DNA of 64,000 nucleotides from NCBI RefSeq assembly GCF_058153355.1, contig NZ_CM177019.1; one strand, 5' to 3'. Shown piece by piece: positions 34,100 to 46,292 of this stretch (position 1 is its first letter; each line of letters starts with the position of its first letter). The notes under the pieces were generated by a model. It saw only the letters and a program-made list of their open reading frames with translations, ran no database searches and was not told where the DNA came from. The position numbers and the translations under genes were made by a program.

Positions 34100-34248
34100 A
34101 CGCTCTGTCCGGACCGGCGGTCTCTCTGGTGGTGTTTTCTTCGGGATACCGCCCACGGCGCGGGGACCGCGTTGTTTATGACGGACAACAATGGACGGTC
34201 ACACGGCATGAACGCTTTAACGGTAAACCAATGATCTTTATTGAGTAA
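33973..34248 (+). CDS. Head-tail joining protein (lambda FII-like)
   Basis: 91 aa from MSDPFSRLAARMDAITVRKMG, resembling the lambda FII N-terminus; directly upstream of Z. Confidence 0.55.
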   Translation: MSDPFSRLAARMDAITVRKMGKMASINDVYMPVLPGETLAELNALSGPAVSLVVFSSGYRPRRGDRVVYDGQQWTVTRHERFNGKPMIFIE

Positions 34249-34259
34249 AGAGGTGTGGG

Positions 34260-34844
34260 ATGAAGGGGCTTGAGAATGCCATCCGTAATCTGAACAGCCT
34301 TGATACCCGTATGGTACCGCAGGCCAGCGCATGGGCGATAAACCGTGTGGCTGCAAAGATTATTTCTGTCGCCACACGGCAGGTTGCGCAGAATACCGTT
34401 GCCGGGGATAACCAGGTGAAAGGTATTCCCCTGAAAACGGTCAGGGAGCGTGTCAGGCTGCTTAAAGCCAGCCCCTCAGGAAAAATGTATGCCCGCATGC
34501 GTGTTAACCGGGGTAACCTGCCCGCCATTAAGCTGGGGACAGCCCGGGTCAGACTGGCCCGCTCCCGGCATGGCAGCAACTCACGTCATCGTGGCAGCGT
34601 ACTGAAAGTGGGGAAATACCTTTTCCGGGATGCGTTTATTCAGCAACTGGCGAATGGTCGCTGGCATGTGATGCGGCGTATTGACGGCAAAAATCGTTAC
34701 CCCATTGATGTGGTGAAAATTCCGCTGTCCGGAGCGCTGACACAGGCGTTTGAAGATGCCCGCGACCGCATCATTGCTGCGGAAATGCCGAAACAGCTGG
34801 GGTATGCCCTGAAACAACAACTGAGGTTACATCTGAGTAAATGA
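34260..34844 (+). CDS. Tail completion protein Z
   Basis: 194 aa; recognised as lambda gpZ-like (GRWHVMRRIDGKNRYPIDVVKIP). Confidence 0.85.
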   Translation: MKGLENAIRNLNSLDTRMVPQASAWAINRVAAKIISVATRQVAQNTVAGDNQVKGIPLKTVRERVRLLKASPSGKMYARMRVNRGNLPAIKLGTARVRLARSRHGSNSRHRGSVLKVGKYLFRDAFIQQLANGRWHVMRRIDGKNRYPIDVVKIPLSGALTQAFEDARDRIIAAEMPKQLGYALKQQLRLHLSK

Positions 34845-35242
34845 ACCGACACACACAAATCCGTCAGAGCGTGCTGGCACGCCTTCGGGAACAGTGTGGA
34901 GACAGCGCCACGTTTTTTGACGGGCTTCCGGCATTTATTGATGCGCAGGAACTGCCTGCCGTGGCGGTGTGGCTGAGTGATGCTCAGTACACCGGAAAAA
35001 TGACGGATGAAGATGACTGGCAGGCTGTTCTGCATATTGCCGTCTTCATCCGGGCACAGGCACCGGATTCAGAGCTGGATATGTGGATGGAGAGCACCAT
35101 TTTCCCGGCCCTGAATGATGTACCGGCACTTTCCGGACTCATCGACACCCTGAACCCACTCGGTTTTAACTATCAACGTGATAATGAGATGGCCACCTGG
35201 GCGATGGCGGAAATCACGTACCAGATCACGTACACGAATTAA
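34841..35242 (+). CDS. Tail terminator protein U
   Basis: 133 aa; recognised as lambda gpU-like (ATFFDG..AVAVWLSDAQYTG). Confidence 0.85.
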   Translation: MNRHTQIRQSVLARLREQCGDSATFFDGLPAFIDAQELPAVAVWLSDAQYTGKMTDEDDWQAVLHIAVFIRAQAPDSELDMWMESTIFPALNDVPALSGLIDTLNPLGFNYQRDNEMATWAMAEITYQITYTN

Positions 35243-35252
35243 GGAGGTGGCA

Positions 35253-35993
35253 ATGACCACACCAAATCCACTGGCAAAAACGAAAGGTGCGGGGACGACG
35301 TTCTGGATGTATACCGGCAACGGCGACGCATTTGCGAACCCTTTGTCGGACACTGACTGGCTGCGTCTTGCGATGGTGAAGGATCTGCAACCTGGCGAGA
35401 TGACCGCTGATGCAGAAGATGACACTTATCTCGATGATGAAGATGCAGACTGGAAAACGACAACCCAGGGGCAGAAATCCGTCGGTGATACTTTGGCGAC
35501 GCTGGCCTGGCGTCCGGGTGACAGCGGGCAGAAAAAACTGGTTCAGTTGTTCGATTCCGGTGAAGTCTGCGCGTTTCGTATCAAATACCCCAATGGTACG
35601 GTTGATGTTTTCCGTGGCTGGCTGAGTTCACTGGGTAAAACCATTACCTCAAAAGAGGTGATGACCCGTACTGTAAAAATCAGCGGTGTGGGGCGTCCGT
35701 ATCTGGCAGAGGAGGGCGCTGAAACCGTGGGTGTTACCGGACTGACGGTGGCACCGGCATCTGTCAGTGTCAAAGCGGGAGCAACCACCACACTGACCTT
35801 TACAGTAAAACCTGACGGGGCCAGTGACAAAGCGATCAGTGTGCATTCGTCAGATCCTCAGACTGCTTCGGTGACCCTGAGCGGGCTTGTGGCCACGGTG
35901 AAAGGCGTGAAGCAGGGCAGTGTCAGCATCGTGGGCATGACCTCTGACGGAGAGTTTGTGGCAGTGGCTGCGGTGACCGTCAGCGCACCATAA
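35253..35993 (+). CDS. Major tail protein V with C-terminal Ig-like domain
   Basis: AAGGAGGTGG RBS; 246 aa; ORF 35178..35993 trimmed. Confidence 0.9.
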   Translation: MTTPNPLAKTKGAGTTFWMYTGNGDAFANPLSDTDWLRLAMVKDLQPGEMTADAEDDTYLDDEDADWKTTTQGQKSVGDTLATLAWRPGDSGQKKLVQLFDSGEVCAFRIKYPNGTVDVFRGWLSSLGKTITSKEVMTRTVKISGVGRPYLAEEGAETVGVTGLTVAPASVSVKAGATTTLTFTVKPDGASDKAISVHSSDPQTASVTLSGLVATVKGVKQGSVSIVGMTSDGEFVAVAAVTVSAP

Positions 35994-36012
35994 CAGGACG
36001 ATACTCATCATT

Positions 36013-36036
36013 GCCCCGGTTATCCGGGGCTTTTTG
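36013..36036 (+). terminator. Rho-independent terminator/attenuator after V
   Basis: gccccgg ttat ccggggc followed by ttttt. Confidence 0.5.
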
Positions 36037-36048
36037 CATCCGGAGAAC

Positions 36049-36438
36049 ATGATGTTTCTGAAACAGGATACGTTTAATTATGAAAAACAGTCCGTGGTGC
36101 TCAGTGAGCTGTCCGGGCTGCAGAGAATTGAATATCTGACGTTTGTTCAGCAGCGAACGGCAAAGTTTGATGCACAGGAGGGAGAACTGCCGGAGGCTGA
36201 ACGACAGATTGCTTTTCTGCGTATGGGAATGGATATCAATGCCTGGCTGGTTTCCCGCTCACTGTGGAATGCTGAGCAGTCTCAGGATGTTGAGACGCTT
36301 TGCGCATCCATTATGACAACATGGTCGTATGATGCGCTGGGCGCGGGGGCGGAGAGGGTTCTGTCGCTGAGCGGTATGGGGACCATTGAGAATGCCGGGG
36401 ATGATGATCATGAGGCGCTGACGCCGGAAAAGTCCTGA
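36049..36438 (+). CDS. Tail assembly chaperone G
   Basis: MMFLKQDTFNYEKQSVVLSELSGLQRIEYL; lambda gpG-like. Confidence 0.85.
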   Translation: MMFLKQDTFNYEKQSVVLSELSGLQRIEYLTFVQQRTAKFDAQEGELPEAERQIAFLRMGMDINAWLVSRSLWNAEQSQDVETLCASIMTTWSYDALGAGAERVLSLSGMGTIENAGDDDHEALTPEKS

Positions 36439-36776
36439 CGCGGGAAATGCAGTTTGTCATGCGGCTTGCCCGGGAGTTCCGGCGGGCAGACTGGCGGCGG
36501 ATGCTGTCGGAAATGTCGGCCACTGAGCTTGGTGAGTGGGGCGATTATTTCCGGATGCAGAGCTTCAGTGATGTGTGGATGGATGCGCAGTTTGCCTCGC
36601 TGAAGGCATTGATCGTGAGAATGGTGTCCGGCAGCAGTGATGCTGCGGTGGCTGATTTCAGCCTTTTACCGGAAGAGAACGGGATACCGGAGCGAACGGA
36701 CGAAGAACTGATGCATCTTGGGGAAGGTATTTCCGGAGGTGTGCGTTATGGACCAGATAGCCGACCTGGTCATTGA
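36049..36776 (+). CDS. Tail assembly chaperone G-T fusion via -1 programmed frameshift
   Basis: T-like ORF (to 36776) is in the -1 frame relative to G and open from 36414; frames overlap across 36414-36436, which includes GGAAAAG. Confidence 0.6.
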
Positions 36777-39700
36777 TTTGGGGATTGATGCGGCAGAGTT
36801 TAAAAATGAAATTCCCCGTATCAAAAACCTTCTGAATGGTGCAGCCGGTGATGCAGAACGGTCTTCTGCCCGTATGCAGCGTTTTATGGAGCGTCAGACT
36901 CAGGCGGCCCGGCAGACAATGCAGGCGGCTTCTTCGGCTGCAACAGCAGCATCAGCCCATGCGCAGACGGTGGAAAAGAACGCACGGGCTCATGAACGCA
37001 TGGCCCGTGAGGTGGAACAAACCCGTCTGCGCGTGGATGCCCTGAATCAGAAAATGCGCGAGGAACAGGCGCAGGCCAGGGCACTGGCGGAGGCGCAGGA
37101 TAAAGCGGCTGCCGCCTTTTATCGCCAGATTGACAGTGTGAAACAGGCCGGTGCGGGGCTTCAGGAATTACAGCGTATTCAGCAGCAGATCCGACAGGCC
37201 AGAAACAGTGGCGGGGTTGGTCAGCAGGATTATCTGGCGCTGATTTCGGAGATCACGGCGAAAACCCGTGCCCTGACGCAGGCAGAGGAACAGGCCACCC
37301 GGCAGAAAGCGGCGTTTATCCGCCAGCTTAAAGAGCAGGCAACCCGCCAGAATCTGTCGTCTTCTGAGTTGCTTCGCGCCAGGGCGGCTCAGCTGGGGGT
37401 AAGCAGTGCTGCAGAAGTGTATATCCGCAAAATGGAGCGGGCAGGAAAAGCCACACATTCGCTGGGGCTGAAAAGTGCGGCAGCCCGGCGGGAGCTGGGG
37501 GTGTTAATCAGTCAGATGGCGCGCGGCAATTTTGGTGCGCTGAGGGGATCCGGGATAACGCTGGCTAACCGTGCCGGATGGATAGACACACTGATGTCAC
37601 CGAAAGGCATGATGCTGGGCGGGGTTATTGGCGGTATTGCCGCGGCCGTCTATGGTCTGGGTAAAGCCTGGCATGACGGCCGGAAGGAGGGCGAGGAATT
37701 TAACCGTCAGCTGGCGCTGACGGGACATTATGCCGGTGTCACTGTCGGGCAGTTGTGGAAACTCAGCCGGGCCATATCCGGGAATGGTATCACGCAACAT
37801 GCGGCAGCCGGTGCGCTGGCACAGGTGGTGGGCAGTGGGGCATTTCATGGAAACGATATTGGTATGGTGGCGAAAGCTGCCGCACAGATGGAGCGATCGG
37901 TTGGCCAGTCGGTCAGCGATACCATAAATCAGTTTAAGCGGCTGAAGGATGATCCTGTAAATGCCGCGAAGGCGCTGGACAATGCGCTGCATTTTTTGAC
38001 TGCCACTCAGCTTGAGCAGATACGCGTCCTTGGGGAGCAGGGGCGGTCCAGTGATGCGGCCCGGATCGCCATGTCTGCGCTGGCAGAGGAAACCGGTAAA
38101 CGCACATCTGATATTGATAATAATCTCAATGCGCTGGGTAGTACGCTGCAAACCTTGTCTGACTGGTGGAAGCAGTTCTGGGATGCGGCCATGAATATTG
38201 GTCGTGAAGACTCGCTGGATGCGCAGATTGATGCGTTACAGGAAAAAATTCAGCGCGCGAAAAAATATCCGTGGACAAACGCCTCCACACAGGTGGAGTA
38301 CGATCAGCAGCGTCTTAACGATCTTCAGGAGAAAAAACGCCGGAAGGATTTGCAGGATGCAAAAGCGCAGGCAGAACGGAATTACCAGGAGCAACAGAAA
38401 CGCCGGAATGCTGAAAATGCCGCGCTGAACCGGATGAATGAAACGGAAGCTGCACGACATCAGCGGGAAATTGCGCGTATTAATGCCATGCAGTACGCCG
38501 ACCAGGCTGTCAGGGATGCGGCGATACAGCGTGAAAATGAACGTTACGAAAAAGCCATTAAGAAAAATACACGGGCAACCCGTAATGATGAGGCCACCCG
38601 GTTATTGCTGCAGTACAGTCAGCAGCAGGCACAGGTGGAAGGGCAGATTGCTGCTGCCAGACAGTCAGCAGGCATTGCCACTGAAAGGATGACTGAAGCG
38701 CATAAACAGCTTCTGGCCCTGCAGCAGCGCATCAGCGACCTGGACGGGAAAAAGCTGACGGCAGATGAAAAGAGTGTGTTGGCCCGTAAGAATGAGCTGA
38801 TTCAGGCGCTGACGCTGCTGGATGTGAAACAGCAGGAGCTGTAGAAACAGACAGCGCTTAACGACCTGAGAAAAAAAACGGTTCAGCTGACCAGCCAGCT
38901 GGCAGACAAAGAACGTGCACTGCGTGAGCAGCACAATCTGGATATTGCCACTGCAGGTATGGGGGATAAGCAGCGGCAGCGCTACCGGGCACAGTTGCGC
39001 ATCCGGCAGGAATACCGGCAACAGTTGCAACAGCTTGAGAATGACAGTCGCCAGAAAGGCACTTACGGGACGGAGGACTACCGGAGGGCTGAGGAGGTGC
39101 TGAAGGGGAGCCTGAAGCGACAACTGAATGAAAACAAACGCTACTGGCAGGAACTGGAAGTGGCGCAGGGCGACTGGAAAAACGGTGCCATGCGGGCGTT
39201 TCAGAATTTTACGGCGGATGCAGATAATGCGGCGGGAACGGCAGAACAGATGTTTACAGTGGCATTCAGCAGTGCCGGTAATGCACTGGCGACATTCTGT
39301 ACCACCGGTAAGCTGAATTTTAAATCCTTCACCTCTTCCCTGTTGTCAGATATGGCCAGAATTATGGCACAGATGGCCATGATGCAGGCGGTAAAGGGCG
39401 TCGGTTCTTTATTCGGCTTCACGACTAATGCTGATGGCGGTGTTTACCAGTCTGCTGATTTGAGTCGCTACAGTGGCACGGTGGTTAACCGTCCGACGTT
39501 TTTTGCTTTTGCAAAAGGCGCGGGTGTGATGGGGGAAGCGGGACCTGAAGCCATTCTGCCACTGCGTCGCGGTGCTGATGGTAAGCTGGGGGTTGTGGCG
39601 GATACTGGTGGTTCAGGCATGGTGATGTTTGCCCCGCAGTACAACATTGAGATCAATAACGACGGCACGAACGGGCAGATAGGTCCGGCTGCCCTGAAGG

Positions 39701-39789
39701 TGGTTTATGACCTCGGGAAAAAAGCGGCAGCGGACTTTATGCAACAGCAGGCCCGTGATGGTGGCCGGTTAAGTGGAGCATACCGGTAA
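36748..39789 (+). pseudogene. Tail tape-measure protein H with in-frame amber stop at 38842-38844
   Basis: ORFs 36718..38844 and 38959..39789 are in the same frame; the only stop between them is TAG at 38842; combined ~1013 codons of coiled-coil-rich protein. Confidence 0.7.
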
Positions 39790-40118
39790 TGGAGACGTTT
39801 CACTGGAAAGTGCGCCCGGATATGAATGTGGTATCAGAGCCGAAAGTGGTGACAGTGAAGCTGGGCGATGGTTATGAACAGCGTCGTGCGGCGGGACTGA
39901 ATAACCAGTTGTCGACTTACAGCGTGACGATACGTGTTCGTAAAGGTGAACACCCATCTTTAAAAGCCTTTCTGGAACGGCACGGTGGCGTCCGCGCATT
40001 TCAGTGGACGCCACCTTATGACTGGAAACCGATCAGGGTGGTTTGTCGTAAATGGTCGGCAAGCGTGGGGGCGTTATGGGTGACTGTAACGGCCGATTTT
40101 GAACAGGTGGTGAACTGA
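39789..40118 (+). CDS. Minor tail protein M
   Basis: 109 aa; recognised as lambda gpM-like. Confidence 0.9.
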   Translation: METFHWKVRPDMNVVSEPKVVTVKLGDGYEQRRAAGLNNQLSTYSVTIRVRKGEHPSLKAFLERHGGVRAFQWTPPYDWKPIRVVCRKWSASVGALWVTVTADFEQVVN

Positions 40119-40816
40119 TGCAGGATATCCGGCAGGAAACACTGAATGAATGCACCCGTGCGGAGCAGTCAGCCCGGGTGGAGCTCTGGGAAATCGATCT
40201 GACAGAGGTCGGTGGTGAGCGTTATTTTTTCTGTAATGAGCAGAACGAAAAAGGTGAGCCGGTCACCTGGCAGGGGCGGCAGTATCAGGCATACCCCATT
40301 CAGGGGGCGGGGTTTGAACTGAACGGCAGGGGCTGTGCTGCCCGTCCGACACTGACGGTCTCTAACCTGCACGGCATGGTCACCGGTATGGCGGAAGATC
40401 TGCAGAGTCTGGTCGGCGGAACGGTGGTCCGGCGTAAGGTTTACGCCCGTTTTCTGGATGCGGTGAACTTCGTCAACGGAAACAGCGACGCCGATCCGGA
40501 GCAGGAGGTGATCAGCCGCTGGTGCATCGAGCAGTGCAGCGAACTGAACGCGGTTAGCGCGGCCTTTGTGCTGTCCACGCCGACGGAAACGGATGGCGCT
40601 GTTTTTCCGGGGCGCATCATGCTGGCTAATACCTGCACCTGGACCTATCGCGGTGATGAGTGCGGTTATCACGGTCCGGCGGTCGCGGATGAATATGACC
40701 AGCCGACCTCCGATATCACGAAGGATAAATGCAGCAAATGCCTGAGTGGCTGTAAGTTTCGCAATAATGTCGGCAACTTTGGCGGCTTCCTTTCCATTAA
40801 CAAACTTTCGCAGTAA
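40118..40816 (+). CDS. Minor tail protein L
   Basis: 232 aa; recognised as lambda gpL-like. Confidence 0.9.
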   Translation: MQDIRQETLNECTRAEQSARVELWEIDLTEVGGERYFFCNEQNEKGEPVTWQGRQYQAYPIQGAGFELNGRGCAARPTLTVSNLHGMVTGMAEDLQSLVGGTVVRRKVYARFLDAVNFVNGNSDADPEQEVISRWCIEQCSELNAVSAAFVLSTPTETDGAVFPGRIMLANTCTWTYRGDECGYHGPAVADEYDQPTSDITKDKCSKCLSGCKFRNNVGNFGGFLSINKLSQ

Positions 40817-40821
40817 ATCCC

Positions 40822-41565
40822 ATGACACAGACTGGATCAGCGATTCTGGCGCACGCCCGGCGATGTGCGCCAGCAGAGTCGTGCGGCTTCGTGGTGAGAA
40901 CGCCGGAGGGAGAAAGATATTTTCCCTGCGTGAATATCTCCGGTGAGCCGGAGGATTATTTCCGGATGGCTCCGGAGGACTGGCTGCAGGCAGAAATGCA
41001 GGGTGAGATTGTGGCGCTGGTCCACAGTCACCCCGGTGGTCTGCCCTGGCTGAGTGAGGCCGACCGGCGGCTGCAGGTGCAGAGTGATTTGCCGTGGTGG
41101 CTGGTCTGCCGGGGTGAGATTCATAAATTCCGCTGTGTGCCGCATCTCACCGGGCGGCGCTTTGAGCACGGGGTGACGGACTGTTACACGCTGTTCCGGG
41201 ATGCTTACCATCTGGCGGGGATTGAGATGCCGGATTTTCATCGTGAGGATGACTGGTGGCGTCACGGTCAGAATCTCTATCTGGATAATCTGGAGGCAAC
41301 GGGGCTATATCAGGTGCCGTTGTCAGCGGCGCAGCCGGGCGATGTGCTGCTGTGCTGTTTTGGTTCATCGGTGCCGAATCATGCCGCTATTTACTGCGGC
41401 GACGGCGGGCTGCTGCACCATATTCCTGAACAACTGAGCAAACGAGAGAGGTATACCGACAAATGGCAGCGACGCACACACTCCCTCTGGCGTCACCGGG
41501 CATGGCACGCATCTGCCTTTACGGGGATTTACAACGATTTGGCCGCCGCATTGACCTTCGTGTGA
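40822..41565 (+). CDS. Tail assembly protein K (JAB/MPN + NlpC/P60-like)
   Basis: 247 aa; recognised as lambda gpK-like (HSHPGG motif). Confidence 0.9.
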   Translation: MTQTGSAILAHARRCAPAESCGFVVRTPEGERYFPCVNISGEPEDYFRMAPEDWLQAEMQGEIVALVHSHPGGLPWLSEADRRLQVQSDLPWWLVCRGEIHKFRCVPHLTGRRFEHGVTDCYTLFRDAYHLAGIEMPDFHREDDWWRHGQNLYLDNLEATGLYQVPLSAAQPGDVLLCCFGSSVPNHAAIYCGDGGLLHHIPEQLSKRERYTDKWQRRTHSLWRHRAWHASAFTGIYNDLAAALTFV

Positions 41566-42104
41566 AAACGGGGGCTGAAGCCATCCGGGCGCTGGCCACA
41601 CAGCTCCCGGCGTTTCGTCAGAAACTGAGTGACGGCTGGTATCAGGTGCGCATTGCCGGGCGTGATGCAGGTGAAACCGAATTGTCTGCCCGTCTTAATG
41701 AGCCGCTGGCAAATGGTGCAGTGATCCACATAGTACCGCGTCTGGTGGGAGCTAAAAGTGGCGGTGTGTTTCAGGCTGTGCTGGGGGCGGCTGTTATGGC
41801 GGTTGCTATATGGATGCCGGGGGTAGGAATTATGGCGAGTAATCTGCTGTTTTCTCTCGGTGCCAGTATGACGCTTGGCGGTGTTGCACAGATGCTGGCA
41901 CCGAAAGCCAGAACTCCCCGTACACAGACAACGGATAACGGTAAGCAGAACACGTATTTCTCGTCACTGGATAACATGGTTGCCCAGGGCAATGTTCTGC
42001 CCGTTCTGTACGGTGAAATGCGCGTGGGGTCACGTGTGGTTTCTCAGGAGATCAGCACGGCAGACGAAGGGGATGGTGGTCAGGTTGTGGTGATTGGTCG
42101 CTGA
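41463..42104 (+). CDS. Tail assembly protein I
   Basis: 213 aa MAATHTLPLASPGMARICLYGDLQRFG; lambda gpI-like; overlaps K 3' end. Confidence 0.85.
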   Translation: MAATHTLPLASPGMARICLYGDLQRFGRRIDLRVKTGAEAIRALATQLPAFRQKLSDGWYQVRIAGRDAGETELSARLNEPLANGAVIHIVPRLVGAKSGGVFQAVLGAAVMAVAIWMPGVGIMASNLLFSLGASMTLGGVAQMLAPKARTPRTQTTDNGKQNTYFSSLDNMVAQGNVLPVLYGEMRVGSRVVSQEISTADEGDGGQVVVIGR

Positions 42105-42123
42105 TGCAAAATGTTTTATGTGA

Positions 42124-42146
42124 AACCGCCTCCGGGCGGTTTTGTC
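42124..42146 (+). terminator. Hairpin/terminator-like element between I and J
   Basis: aaaccgcctccgggcggtttt. Confidence 0.4.
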
Positions 42147-42161
42147 GTTTATGGAGCGTGA

Positions 42162-45562
<3,401 letters not shown>

Positions 45563-45573
45563 ATTTTATAACC

Positions 45574-45604
45574 CAGAACGGGCGTCAGAAATGACGCCTT
45601 TTTT
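45574..45604 (+). terminator. Rho-independent terminator after J
   Basis: gggcgtcag aaa tgacgcc followed by tttttt. Confidence 0.55.
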
Positions 45605-45628
45605 ATTGCAGAAAAGCGAGAGGTAATT

Positions 45629-46228
45629 ATGCGTAAAGTTTGTGCAGCCATGTTGTCCGCAGCCCTCTGTCTGGCCGTATCCGGTGCGCCTGCATGGGCG
45701 TCTGAGCAGCAGGCCACGCTGAGCGCGGGGTATCTTCATGCCTCGACGAACGTTCCCGGCAGCGATGATCTGAACGGGATTAACGTGAAATACCGTTATG
45801 AGTTTACGGACACACTGGGGATGGTGACGTCATTCAGCTATGCAGGAGACAAGAATCGCCAGATTACCCGTTACAGCGATACCCGCTGGCATGAAGATTC
45901 CGTTCGTAACCGCTGGTTCAGCGTAATGGCGGGGCCGTCTGTGCGCGTGAATGAATGGTTCAGCGCGTATGCGATGGCGGGTGTGGCTTACAGCCGTGTG
46001 TCGACTTTCTCCGGAGATTATATCCGCGTAACTGACAACAAGGGGAAAACGCACGATGTGCTGACCGGAAGTGATGACGGTCGCCACAGCAACACGTCTC
46101 TGGCGTGGGGGGCTGGCGTGCAGTTTAACCCGACCGAGTCCGTGGCCATTGATATTGCTTATGAAGGCTCCGGCAGTGGCGACTGGCGCACTGACGGTTT
46201 CATCGTGGGTGTCGGTTATAAATTCTGA
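45629..46228 (+). CDS. lom: Lom-like outer membrane protein (Ail/PagC/Lom family)
   Basis: 199 aa; signal peptide; beta-barrel ending GVGYKF. Confidence 0.85.
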   Translation: MRKVCAAMLSAALCLAVSGAPAWASEQQATLSAGYLHASTNVPGSDDLNGINVKYRYEFTDTLGMVTSFSYAGDKNRQITRYSDTRWHEDSVRNRWFSVMAGPSVRVNEWFSAYAMAGVAYSRVSTFSGDYIRVTDNKGKTHDVLTGSDDGRHSNTSLAWGAGVQFNPTESVAIDIAYEGSGSGDWRTDGFIVGVGYKF

Positions 46229-46254
46229 TTAGCCAGGTAACACAGTGTTATGAC

Positions 46255-46282
46255 AGCCCGCCGGTTCAGGCGGGCTTTTTTG
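46255..46282 (+). terminator. Rho-independent terminator after lom
   Basis: gcccgccggttcaggcgggc followed by tttttt. Confidence 0.55.
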
Positions 46283-46292
46283 TGGGGTGAAT

